Below, one piece after another: positions 50,315-63,357 of a stretch of 64,000 bases of DNA; position 1 is the first letter of the stretch, and each line of letters starts with the position of its first letter. The notes beneath the pieces were generated by a model. That model searched no databases and was not told the origin of the DNA. It saw only the letters and a program-made list of their open reading frames with translations. The stretch is taken from contig CM041465.1 in NCBI GenBank assembly GCA_023213395.1, positions 88,915,741 to 88,979,740 on the forward strand, read 5' to 3'. This stretch comes from Cycas panzhihuaensis (lineage: Eukaryota; Plantae; Cycadophyta). Made by a program: the position numbers and the translations under genes.

Positions 50315-51259
50315 TCCTCCCCAAGTTGAAAATAATTCCTTCCCTACAAATTATTATGATGAAATTTTCACCGTTTGTCAAGATTCAACTACTTCAGTTC
50401 TTCTTCAGTTATCCAGGTATTATTTGCTCATGGTAGACCTTTCTACTACATTAGGTACTTATTATAATTTCCCTGTCGTGTACTCATTGTCTTCATATCT
50501 AATTAAAAAGAGTGGATATATCCTTCATCTCCATGCACTAAATATAAAGGCAAACATGGGAGTAAGACAAACTTGAGAGAAAGAAAGTATCTCTCACAAA
50601 ATAGGGAGGTAAGAATGAATCTCCTCCATTGAGCTTTTACTTTTATATTAAGAGAGGGAGCATTAGAGTTAGGTGAAATGAAATTATACATAATGCACAT
50701 GAAAGTGCATTTCACTTAAGTGATCTAATTTAAAGTTCACTTAAGACCCTTTTTCAAAATAATCAACTAATGTAATGACCTTATGACATTAACCCTTTTC
50801 AATCTCCCCCTTAATGGTAGAAGGTCATTTGATCATATTTGATTCTATCTTATGAGGTTTTTATTTGAGCCTCTTACAAAGCAAACTACTATGACACTTT
50901 TGTGGGAAACCCTCATGGGAAAGAAAACCCACAAATTTTCTAATCTACTAACCTGGCTTATGCAACTCTTTAAATGAAGCCAGATAGCCAATCAGTGTAA
51001 TGAATGTTGTAGTTGAAATCTACTGAGTCTCCATATACCATTTGGTCATCCCCCATGTCCTTTCGGGTTTTCACAAGTTCTAATTTTCCAAAATGATACA
51101 AGCCTTATCCTTTCGCACCCATAAGGGGTTTTCACGAATGGGATAGAGCAGAGACTTACTCTTGTCCTTCCGCGTCCACAAGGGGTTTTCACGAGTGAGA
51201 GAGAGTATGATGGTCATATTGTCATCTCCTTCAATCAATCGGAGATGGAGGCCCTAAGG

Positions 51260-54200
51260 TCGAGTTACTTTCGGAACTATTCAAACTTCACCCTCTTTAG
51301 TGGTTTGGTGAAGATATCAGCCACTTGATTTGATGTGAGGCAGTACTCTAGTTAAATTGTGCCATCATGAACTAGTTCTCTAATCCCGTGGACTTTCGTA
51401 CTTATATGTTTAATATGATCATGAAATACAGGATTTTTAGCCATATGGATTGTAGATTGATTATCCACATGTAAGCTAGTAGAACATGTTTGGGTGGCAT
51501 TTAATGTATTCAACAATTTTCTAAGCCATATCACCTCCTTGCTTGTCTCAGAAGCAACAATGTACTTAGCTTCAGTGGTTGAGTCTGCAACTATCTTTTG
51601 CTGTCTGGATCTCCACGATATTGGTGATGTTCCAAGAAATATTACGTACCCAGACGTAGATCTTCCTGTGCTTTTATCTTCAGAAAAGTTTGAGTCTGTG
51701 TATGCATAAAGTTTAAATTCTGCATTGGGTTCATACAACAGACCATATTTGCTAGTTGTCTTTAGGTACCTCAACATTTGTATTGCAGCTTACCATTGAT
51801 TCTACTTAGGATTTGTCATAAATCTTGTAAGAATGTCAACAGAGTGTGCAATATCTGATCTTGTGTTGGTAGTATAGATGAGACTATCTACAAGTTGCTT
51901 GTAGGGTGTTGTGTCTGCCTCCCTAATGTCACCATCAACTGAGAGTTTAATATTAGTATCCATAGGTGTATCCACTGGTCGAGCACCTTCCAACTGAAAC
52001 TTTGTCAGAAGATCATTGATATATTTTTCTTGGGAGAGAAAGATTTTTCCATTCTTTTGAGTTACTTCAATTCCCAAGTAATATTTCATCAACCCGAGGT
52101 CAAACAATTCAAAAGTTTTAGCAAGGTCCTTCTTCAGCTGGTAGATTACTTGTTCACTATTCCCTATTATTAGCATGTCATCCATAAAGACTAAGAGGTA
52201 AGTGACTTTACTATTTTGGCACTTGATAAATAATGTTGCATAAATATCTTAATAGTCACAAACCTCATATCCAAGTTGCCTCATTCTTTCAGACAACTTG
52301 GTAAACCAAGCACAAGGGGCTTGCTTTAGGCCGTACAAGGACTTTTTGAGCCTACAAACTTTATGCTCCTAACTGACAATATCGTATCCTTTTGGCTGAG
52401 CCATGTAAATTTCTTGTTTAAGGTCCCTATTGAGAAATGTGGTCTTAACATCGAGTTGGTGGATTTTCCAACCCTATTGAGTAGCCAAGGCTATAAGAGT
52501 TTGGATTATAGGCCACTTGGTTGTAGGAGCAAAGATTTCAATGTAGTTAATGCCTTCCTTTTGTGTGAATCCTTTTGCTACCAACATCGTCTTGTATTTT
52601 TCTAAGGTGCCATCTAATCTATACTTGTTTTTAAACACCCATTTATTTTGAACTACCTTTCTTCCAAGTGGTAGATCAATAAGCTCGCATGTACCATTCT
52701 TAATAAGAGATTGGTACTCTTCGTTTATGACATTTCTCCAAGCTGCATGCTTTACAGCTTCTTGGTACATTAGGGGCTCTTCATTAAGAGCAAGATGTAA
52801 TTCTACTCGTTCAAGCTCAACAGAAAGTGATTCATGCATCCTTGCTCTATGGGCACTTATAGTGCCAGTTTTGCCTACCTCATCTGGTTACATGTCCTTG
52901 TGTAGCTGGTAGGCTTCACGAAAACCTCAAGTTGGGAATGAGGTTTTCATTTCCATAACCTCTTGATCTTTATTTTGATCCTGAAAAGAATCATATGAAA
53001 TATTTGGCACAAAGGAAGTTGATGATGCTGGGGAAGATGGGCTAGCCACAGATGTTGGAGAAGATGATCCTTCTGCTATGGCTTTGCCTTTATCAACTTG
53101 GATGTTCACAAATGATGGTATTGGATGTGTACACATTGGCTGAGAGTCACAACTTGTATCCTCTGAGGCTCTATTGTCAGATTCTAAGACTTTGAACAAC
53201 TGTTCAGCATCTCCCCCTCTAAATTTTAGAATCTGGATATCAAATTCAGTAGCATCTTTAAATTGGTATGAAGGCATCTCGGAGTTAAGTCTAAGTAATT
53301 GATCTTCAGTCTCTACAAAGATAACATCTCTAGTGATGATGATTTTATACTGTGAAGGTATGAAAACCTTGTATCCCTTTTTGTCCATAGGGTATCTGAT
53401 AAAGATGCCTTTGATGACTCTATGTTAGAGCTTATTTCTATGTTCCTCCAGAATATGAGCATAACAAGTAGAGCCAAAAATTATGAAGTGGGAAATAGAG
53501 GGGGTTTGTCCATACCACAATTTATGTGGAGAGGGGCCAAGCTTGGAGGGACTAACAGTGTTGATGCAATACACAATAGTCCAGATAGCCTCAGCCCAAA
53601 GATAGATGGGACATTCTTATATACGAGCATAGCACGAGCCATATTCATGATGGTCCTATTTGTGCGCTCGACAACTCTATTTTGCTGGGGTGTACCTGCA
53701 ACAGTGGTCTGATATTTGATTCCATGTTGACGTAGGTACGATTCAAACTCATTGGATGTGTACTCGTCACTATTGTCAGTCCTGAGTACTTTGATCTTGA
53801 ATCCAGATTTATTTTTCATGCAGGCCTTAAAAGCTTGAAACATACAAAAAGCTTCACCTTTCTTTGCAAGAAAAGCAACCTGTACTTTCTTGGTAAAATC
53901 ATCAATGAAAGTAATATAGTACCACTTCTGTTTGAGAGAAGGGATGGGCATAGGACCGCATATATCTGAGTGTACAAGCTGCAAAGGTTGGGTATATTTC
54001 CATTGACTACGAGGAAAGGATTGTCTTTGAGATTTAACAATAATAGATGCTTCACATTCAAAGGGCTTATAGGAGAGCCTAGGTAAACTAGGAAGAGTGG
54101 CTTGTAGTTCTCTTAAACAATCAATTTTGATATGGCCCATACGAGCATGCCATAAGGCCACTTGGGACAACTTTTGAGGATTCAGGGTTGTGGTAAAAGC

Positions 54201-55780
54201 AGAGTCATCATCAACATAGTTGGATTTAAAGGATGGTGAGCCAGTTAGGCAAAAAAGTTTATCATCAAGAATTCTGGTCATAACCACAACATTTGAAGGA
54301 GGGTGAATGACACAGAGAGTTTGATTGTTTGTAATTACACTCAGATCAAATACATGAGAGATAAGGGTGGATAGGGAGAGCATATTCTACTTTAGAGTAA
54401 GAATATATAAAACATCAACAAATGTAAAACCTGGAAGGCCTCAGAGTTTCAGGTAAACAGTTCCAAGTCCTTTGACTGACTGAGATGATTTGTCAGCCAT
54501 GTGTACAACACCACAAACTTCAGAGTCAAAATCTTGAAAGAACTTGCGATGACAAGTCATATGTTATGTTGCTCCTATATCCATGATCCACGATGAAGTA
54601 TTTGAGGTGGCACTATTTGCAACTCCAAGTGGTGAAGGTGATAGTGAATAAGTATAACCACAATGAGCCTCAATATACTTAGTGGATCTATCAATAACAT
54701 TTGATGAAGTGGTCCCAATTCTTTGAATGTGTGCATGAGCAAATTGTGTTCCACCAAAAGCATCTTCAAAAGAAGTATTATTAACATTATGTGCACCATG
54801 GTGTTGTTGATAACTTGGTAGTTTGTTAGTGGCAGTTTTACAATTTTTGGCATAATGTCATTTTCTATTACACCTTTGGCACACAATTGTTTGATTTCCA
54901 CCCAAGTATCAATTTGGTTGGATTATCTCTGATTACTGGATCTAGGTCTAGGTTGATTATTTTGGCCTTGGCCTTGAGACTATTTTTGTTGGAGTTGAGG
55001 AGCCTATTGACTAAGAGGGTGTTGTCCTTGTTGTCTACCTCTTCCTCTTCCATGGGAATTACTACTTCTACGAGAGTATTGACCTTGATTTTTGGTATAA
55101 CAAAGATCTTCTTCCACTTCAAAAGTAGCATCAACTGGATCTGATATAGTGGCAAAGTTGGTATCAAAGGTCTTATCAAATTCAATGAACTTATCAGTAA
55201 GATCCTTAAAGTTTAGGGTCTTCAAAGTGCCACTAGATTGAAGACTTCCTAATAGATTTTTGTAATATGGGATATGGAGACATGACTAAATCAAGAAAGC
55301 CCATGTAATACATTGAGTTTTAAAATCTTTATCAATGGCTTGCTTGATTGGACAAAGGAGATTAATTGTCTCACTTGCGTGTCCTTTCTGTATTTTTAAT
55401 TCGTTCATCTCCAGCATTAAGTGAACAAATTGTAAGTCTGATTTAGTGTGAAAGTTCTTCTTAAAAACTTCAAGAAATTTCCATGTTGTATCATGTACAA
55501 CTTCATCAATGAGATTATGCAGGGAATAATCAATGATAAGCAATATCCCTGCATGGATTCTATCATCATCAAGTTCCCATTGGCATTTAGCTACAACTTC
55601 AGTGAGAGTAGTTGGAGCACCTCCTCCAGAAGCAGTTGAGGTAGTTGTAGTTGCAATAGATGGTGTAAGTTGTAAGTGATCTCTCCATAGATCTTAATGC
55701 TTTGCAGTATTTCTGACACCAATGAACCACATGTCCCAATTTTCTTTCCCTTTTAGAATGCAGTTCACATTTTGCTTGAA
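51260..55780 (-). pseudogene. copia gag-pol of H, disrupted
   Basis: WIMDIGAT protease ~54570-54590; WHARMGH, LVHSDICGP and GTPQQN integrase (53481-54383); KWVFKNK..LVAKGFTQ and FMDDMLI RT; YAYTDS..RSTSGY RNase H. Confidence 0.94.
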
Positions 55781-55968
55781 CTACAAAGATATGGTGTCTT
55801 ATTAGAAGGGAAGAAATGAACAAGGGACTATAAAAGTGATGGCAGTAAATGACCAATCACTATTTACAAATGGGAAATGTAATGAAGTAGTGTAGTAGAA
55901 GGAAGAAGAAGTGAGAATGGTTTCTTAAAGATGAAGGGAGCAACTTAGAGAAAAGTCACCAACACTTA

Positions 55969-56085
55969 TGACAAATATTAACCTGACGCAGCAGGAATAT
56001 GAGAAGCACTATGATAAAAATTGGCTACTAACATATGTGGCAAATATTAACCTGACGCAACAGGAATATGAGAAGCACTATGATT
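55969..56085. repeat. 69-bp-period duplication in the leader of H
   Basis: CAAATATTAACCTGACGCARCAGGAATATGAGAAGCACTATGAT at 55972 and 56041. Confidence 0.92.
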
Positions 56086-56979
56086 GTGATTACACTATGG
56101 ATCACTTTTTACAAATAAGTAAGTGACCATATACAAGATTGTAGGAAGATTGTATGCCAATGTAGAAGCTGACATCATTGGGTTTACACAACTTAAAACT
56201 CAAATATACGATGCGTAATTAACTCAATAATCTTTTACTTGTGTCCAACATGTAGTTGAGGTTGTTGAAGGGATGTCTAGGCCTCTAGTAGAATTAAGTT
56301 GGACTTCACCTACGATACTCGCAATTGTGCTTGGTGATGAAATCCAAGTTACAACGGAGCCCAGGTACTCCCAATCCTCACCCAGTTCACCAATAAGCAG
56401 TTATATACCTCCTCTAAAGAGTGGAATGTGCATACCCATGGCTATGACGAATATTAGATAGGGTATATTTTAATCTTGTATTAAAGTTTTAGTTTTCTCA
56501 GTTGGTTATGAGGATGATCCCTGATTGAAGCACGATGGTATGGCTAACCAAACCTCAGCAATATTCTAGTTTAGTCAAGTCCCAACTTGAAACCCGCACC
56601 TCCTTTATGGCATGGCATTCTGCCAACCAAGGTATCTCAACCTTGGCAAGTGTGTGAATAGGTACAAGATGGCAAAAAATAGTGTACGTGATGTGTTCCT
56701 TTTAGGAAGAGTGAAAAGATTATCGAATTGTATCAAATGTACATTTAACTGAAAATAGAATGCTTGCTTGGAGTACTTGCTTGAAGTGTCTTTAGAGTGC
56801 TTACTTTGAGTGATTTTAGAGTGCTAAAATGTAATGCTAATAAGTGAGTGAGGACACCAGATATTGCTTCGATCCAGGTGCTTTTTTCTCACTTTTACAA
56901 TGGGCTTTTAAGCTTTATAAAAAGTAGGAAGAAATTTTCTTCACCTTTTTTTTTTGTTAATACAAAAGAAAGTAGTCTT

Positions 56980-57346
56980 CACTAAATTAGCAATAACTTT
57001 CTCCCACAATATCGAAATGGAGTGTCAGTTTTTGTGATGCAAACTAAGCTTAGAAATTCATCTTCAGGAAGTGGAATCAAATCCAAATGAGTTCTAAAAA
57101 GTTTTTGACAGTCCCGTAAAGTTAGGAAATTATATTTTTCTAGAATTCTTACTAAAAATAATTGTTGTTCACTAAAATAGTAATAACTTCCTCATACAAC
57201 ATCCAAATTAGGTGTTGGTTTTTGTGCTAGAAAGTGGACTCAGAGCCTCATCTTTGACAATTGGAATCATATCAATTAGATCTCTGTAGAAGATTTTATA
57301 GACCTGTAAAATTTAGTAATCAAATTATATTTCTACAGAAATTTCA
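56980..57346. repeat. degenerate ~190-bp tandem duplication in the leader of H
   Basis: CACTAAA.TAG.AATAACTT...GTTTTTGTG...TCATCTT...TGGAATCA...GTAAA..TAG..AAATTATAT at 56980 and 57170. Confidence 0.8.
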
Positions 57347-58136
57347 GCTTGCTAATATCTCATTAACACATGATACCATATGAAATTTCCATCATTTTTT
57401 TATCACCAGGATCCCAATATGGGCAAAGTGAGAGCATACAATGATGGATATTTTAAATGTCTCAAAATTCTTTAAAAGAAATAGGTAAAATCTCCCCTTA
57501 CAATCATTCTTCTAAATGCTAGAAATTTTTTGGCAGCATTTCCCCTTGTTAAATGGGCAAAAACGGGAAAAGAAAGGGAAGAATGAGATAGCATGAATGG
57601 CCACCAAAGGATTAGAATCCTTGGGCCTTACAACTCCTTGTATTATGCTTCCAAACCTGTAAAAGAGAAAGGAAAAGCAAACAATACAAAATATACTATC
57701 ATAATAACTTGAAAATATTTCTAAATTCACTTTCACAATCTCCTTCACCAAATGGATTATGGGGGAGAAGGAAGTGATGGCTCCATTGCAAGTGTAAGTG
57801 AGGAATATGAAGGAAGCAAGCTCTGATACCACATAAAAAGAGTGGATCTATCCTTCATCTCCATGCATTAAACATAAAGGCAAACGTGGGAGCAAGAGAG
57901 ACTTGATAGAAAGAAGGTAGCTCTCACAAAATGGGGAGGTAAGAATGAATCTCTTCCATTGAGCTTTTACTTTTATATTGGGAGAGGGAGCATTAGAGTT
58001 AGGTAAAATGAAATTATACATAATGCATATGAAAGTGTATTTCACTTAAGTGATCTAATTTAAAGCTCACTTAAGACCCTTTTTTAAAATAATCAACTAA
58101 TGTAATGAGCTTGTGACATTAACCCTTTTCACTAAT

Positions 58137-61100
58137 ATCTACTTAATTTCTTCTCGCTTCTTCCTTGGCATTTGGGGCTCCCAACTTGCTACTTTGCTTT
58201 CATAATCTACCTCTTCATCTCCTTCATGATATGCATATAAATTTGAAATATTAGAAATGGAGATATCAAAGTGTTTAGGAAAATCCACCTTGTATGCATT
58301 ATCATTAATCCTTTTTATAATCTGATATGGCCCAACCTTTTTATATTTAAGCTTGTTATAGGTCCCTTGGGGGAATCTATCTTTCCTTAAGTAAACCATT
58401 ACTAAGTCACCTTCTTCAAATACCTTATATCTACGAGTCCTGTTTACTACTTCCTTGTACTTTTTATTGGTGTCATGTAACCTTTTCTTGACCTCCTTAT
58501 GAACCAGTTGTATATTCTTTGTATAAGTTTTTACATCATCACTCACATATTCCCCAATGGGTAGATGCGCTAAATCTAGCATACCCTTAGGGTTTTTGCC
58601 ATACACAACTTGAAAAAGTGACTTACTTATCAACCTATTTACAAAATTGTTATATACAAATTCTTCTTAGGCTAATACTAAATCCCGCTATTTGGGCTTC
58701 TCACTAACAATACACCTTAGCAAGTTTCCCAAACTTCTATTTACCACTCCAATTTTCCCATTAGTCTGTGGGTGGTAAGCACTACTAAATTAAAGTTCCG
58801 TTCCTGACTTCTTCCATAGAGTCTTCCAGAAATAGCTTAAGAACTTTGTGTCTTTGAAGTGATAGTCTTAGGAATGCCATGTAACCTTACAACCTCTTTA
58901 AAGAATAAATATATTGATCTAACAATATCATTTATCTTCTTGCATGAAATAAGATGAGCCATTTTTGAAAAGTGATCAATGACAACAAGAATTAAATTAT
59001 TACCTCTTTGTGTATATGGTAATCCCAATACGAAGTCCATGCTTAAGTCTGTCCATGGTCCTTCAAGTACTGGTAAGGGCTTATATAAGCCAGTATTCTG
59101 TTCATGTCCCTTAGCCATTTAGTATATCCTACAGTGTGCCACAAATCTTGCCACATCACCCTTTACTCAAGGCCAAAAATATTTTTCTTCTACTAGAGTT
59201 ATGGTCTTATTTTGGCCAAAATGCCCTCCAAGACCTCTACTATGCAGCTTTCGTATGATGTTCTCTCTGATGGAGCCTATTGGGATGCATAATTATCTTT
59301 TCTTAAATAGGTAGCCATCCTGCATAAAGTAATCATTATAAGACGAACCACCTCCCTCAATTAGAGGATTCTTATAGTGCTTAGAAATTGTTCCAAAGTT
59401 AGGTTCTAAGTCATATAAATCCTTAATGGCTTCAAATCCTATTACCTTATTTTCCATGTGGTCAATAATGCCACTTGCTTACTCAATGCATCAACAACAC
59501 AATTTTGTTTGCCTAACTTATGCTTTAAGATAATTATAAAGATTTGGAGATAAAATACCCACATTGTATACCTAGCATTTAATTTCCTTTGGGTATTTAC
59601 ATATCTCAAAGCTTGGTGATTAATGAACAAGACAAATTCCTTAAGTATGAGGTAATGCCTCCAATGCCTCAAAGCTTAGATAATTGCATAAAATTCCAAG
59701 TCAAAGGTTGAATACTTTCTTCTTACCTCATTAAGCTTCTTACTATAAAATGTTATAGGTCTTTTTTCTTGGCTAAACACTACTCCAATTGTAATATGTG
59801 AAGCATAACAATCGACCTCAAATACTTTTTCAAAGTCTGGTAGTGTGAGAACTGGTGCCTTTGCTACCTTTTTTTTTAAGAGTTAGAAGCTATTCTCTAC
59901 TTCTCTGGTCCATGTCAACTCCTTACCCTTCATATAGTTTGTTAAGGATGTAACAATTCCCCTTAAGTTTCTAATGAACTTTCTATAAAACTAAGTCAAA
60001 CTATAAAAACTCCTTACCTATGTCATAGTCTTAGGTATTGGCCAATCAATAATTGCCCTAATCTTCTCCTCATCCATTCGTAATCCCTCTTGTGAAATCA
60101 CAATGCATAGAAACACTAGGCTTCCTTGCATAAACTTATACTTCTTTGTAATTGCATACAACTTCTCTCTCCTTAACATTTCAAGCACCATCCTTAAGTG
60201 CATTAAGTGATCCTCCTTAGTCTTACTAAAAATAAGAATATCATCATAATACACAACTAGAAACTTGTTAATAAGTGGTCACAATATAATATTCATCAAT
60301 CTCATAAATGTACTTAAGGCATTTGACATTTTAGATGGCATGATTAGTCATTCATACAATGTCCCTTGTCTTAAAGGTTGTCTTCCACTCGTCCCCTTCA
60401 TGAATTCGAATATGATGATACCCGCTCTTAAGGTCAATCTTTATAAAGTAGGAAGCACCTATTAATACATCTAGCATATCATCCATACGAGGTATATAGA
60501 ACCGATATTTAATTATTATCTTGTCGATCGCTTTAGAATCAACACACATTCGCCATAAGCCATCTTTCTTTGGAGTCACTAATGATAGAACTGCACAGTG
60601 ACTCAAACTTTCTTAAACCATTCCCTTCTATATCAATTCGTTGACTTATCGATTTAACTCCTCATTCTTCATTGGGTTTAACTGATAAACTGCATGGTTT
60701 GGTAAGCTTGGCCCTCAAATTAGGTCGATTTAGTGTTGAATATCTCTCATCAGTTGTAAGTCATCACGTAACTCATATGGCATGACATCATTATACTCCT
60801 CTAATACCTCACCCGATATCTCTGTGTTATCCTCCTTTATCTGTCTTACTATCAAGGCATAATAAGTGCTAGCCTTTCATACATGTTTCATAAATTCTTT
60901 AGTAGTCAACATGCTTTCTGTATGTCCTTCTTCCTTAAGTGGTAATAACATCACCTCGATACCATTCTTCTAGAAAGTATAGGTATTATTCTTACCATCA
61001 TGAAAGGCATTCCTATTATACTACCACCATCTCCCCAATAATAAATGGCATGCATCCATTGGGATCACGTCACATCATATCTTGTTCTGATATAATTTCC

Positions 61101-62526
61101 CAATGCTAAGTTTAACCAAGAATCTTTTGTCAATAGTCACCTCATTTTCTTTTTTGAACCAAGAAATACGGTATAGATGTGGATGTGCTTCATAACTTAA
61201 TCTCAACTTTTCTACCATTTCATTAGAGACCATATTCTTACAAGTACCATTATTAATTATAACTTTACATACCTTTCCTCCCACAGTACATCTTGTACTA
61301 AAAATATTATTTCGTAACCATGAATCATCATCCATCTTTACCTTTCCTTTATCCTATATGGGTTGTCATCTAGGTGTTGTCTTGGTTCTGCAAAGCATTA
61401 AGCTCTCATCTTCATTTGTTAAGACTCCTTCATTGTCATCTTCATTTTAGGCCTAGTTTATCCTTGGATGGTCTTCTTGCCTTCTAGATTGTTCCTCACG
61501 GTGACATGGATATTCAAATTCCTTTTATCCTTCTTCCCCACATCTGAAACAAACAAAAGGTCTCGTCCATCCTCTTCTTCCACCAAAAACTTTGCCTCGT
61601 TGGGCTCCTAGAAATCCTCTTCCTCTAAATTAAGCTCCTCGTCCTCCTTGCATTCTGCCCTACCTCTCAACTTCTTATCTTTCCATCCTATTGGATAATT
61701 CTCCTCTCACATAGGGGATCCCTCCTCTATCTCTATATGAAGGTGATGAACCTCTTCTCATCACAAAGGGCCTTCAAGTAGTATGTCTATTTTGCTTCTC
61801 TTCTGCCTTTAATACTAATTGATATACATCTTTCATGCTTTTAACTCTATGCATGCTAAGTTCATCTTGAATTGAAAACTTTGAACCATTTACATACCTT
61901 GAATCAACTTGTTCACCTGTCTCCTCATTTTCCACATAAATGGAAAGCTTAAAGAACTCATCTATATAGTCTTGTACCATCATTTCTTTTTGCTTAAAGT
62001 TATGGAACTTTCCAAAAAGGGTTTGAGAATAGTCAATTCGTAAAAACTTCTCTTTCAACTTCTTTACCATTTTGGTCGACGTTCTAATATTTTCTTTGCC
62101 TTTCTTTACCCTCTCCTTCTACAAGTGATCCCACCAAATAGTTGCATGTCTTTTTAGCTTCGTGCATGAAAACTTTACCTTCTTTTCTTCAGTCATTCTT
62201 TTCTATTTAAAGAACTTCTCCATGGCATTTAGCCAATCTACTAACTCCTCTAGTTTTAAACTCCCCTAGTAGTTTGGAATATCAATCTTGATGCCATCAC
62301 TCCTATCTTGAAGTGTTTTTAAGAATCTTTCTTCTATTGCCTGTGGTTCTTGTGGCTCATTCTCTTCAAATCTTATACCATTATTACTTAATGCTTCTTC
62401 TTCATTGGTATTTCCTCTGTGCCTTTGTCTTAATACTATGGTAGCAAGCCATTCCATTCTTCTCTACAACTCCTGCAAGTTTCTATTCATTTTAGCATAG
62501 TTTACTCTTCCTACTCTTCGTGCCAT
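58137..62526 (-). pseudogene. gypsy gag-pol of I, disrupted
   Basis: ORF fragments 62266-62457, 61774-62070, 61075-61335, 60352-60606, 60018-60254, 59442-59672, 58837-59118 and 58139-58633 in gag-PR-RT-RH-INT order. Confidence 0.95.
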
Positions 62527-62745
62527 TTTTTTGCTGCTCTTCCCTTTACCTAACCACTTTAGGTCCCAAAACTTCTCTTGTAAGCTTTCTTCAAGGCTCT
62601 TAAGCCCCATAGAGTACTTCCTTACCCTTTTAATAGGAATACTCTGTAACCTATATTATCTCTTCAACAACTATCTGCTACAATATCTTAAAGTTTTGTG
62701 GTTTCATTTTTTAACCCTAGAGCTAAACCATGCTCTCATATTAGA

Positions 62746-63357
62746 TGATGAGGGTAGCTTACAAGGAAAATATTCTATCTAACATGCACAAAACCTAAAA
62801 AAATAAGAAAGAGCTAAAAAAAAAGTTCAAATAATAGAGAGAGCCATTGTTACATTGAATTCCTTTCAATTCCATTCAAATCTACTAAAAGATAGTCTAA
62901 AATTACATTTATATAAGTAAAAGTAGGAAGTCTAGAAACTTTTAACCCTAACCCTAAAAACTATTTAATTATGTAAAATACTATGTAATTTCATATTTCT
63001 AAGTTAATTCCTACCAAGAAAAGCTAGACCACTAAGGGTCATTACATAAAAGTGATAATTAGTCTAAAATTAACTACTATTTTTAGACATACAAAATAAA
63101 TCTAAATTTATAGGTATTTTTAGAGTATTTTTTAGTAGGCAAACATTGAGCCTATTATGGGCCTTTGGCCCTATCCTAGGATGTTTTTACCTCTTCTTCT
63201 TGGATAGACCTTTAATTTGCTGATAGAAGGATTGAATTCTGACCACCAAGTCAAAAGTTAAGCTTCAATCAATAGACCCCAAAACTTAGAGCAAAGTAAC
63301 TTAAAAAAGGTGAAAAATAGACGAAATTATGATGAAGGTCAAGATGCTTCTACATCA
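62746..63357 (-). repeat. LTR shared by gypsy I (as 5' LTR) and gypsy J (as 3' LTR)
   Basis: TGATGTAG...CCTCATCA; PPT immediately upstream (63365-63358) and PBS immediately downstream (62743-62732). Confidence 0.92.

Larger units (their letters stand above)
50504..58131 (-). mobile_element. Ty1/copia element H, full structure, LTR termini TG...TA
   Basis: 298-bp LTRs 58131-57834 and 50801-50504, TSD CTAAT (50499-50503 / 58132-58136), perfect PBS TGGTATCAGAGC at 57831-57820, PPT AAGGGGGAGAT at 50812-50802, ~2 kb leader. Confidence 0.96.
49722..63357 (-). mobile_element. Ty3/gypsy chromovirus (CRM-like) element I, degenerate, interrupted by copia H
   Basis: LTRs 63357-62746 and 50314-49722, decayed PBS at 62743-62732, PPT GGGGAGGA at 50322-50315. 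gag from 62526; PR 'RNNIFSTRCTVGGKVCKVII'; RT '[12 protein letters not shown]...[13 protein letters not shown]...YYDDILIFS'; RNase H; INT 'SMDFVLGLP..QRG'; GPY motif; C-terminal chromodomain. Confidence 0.94.
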
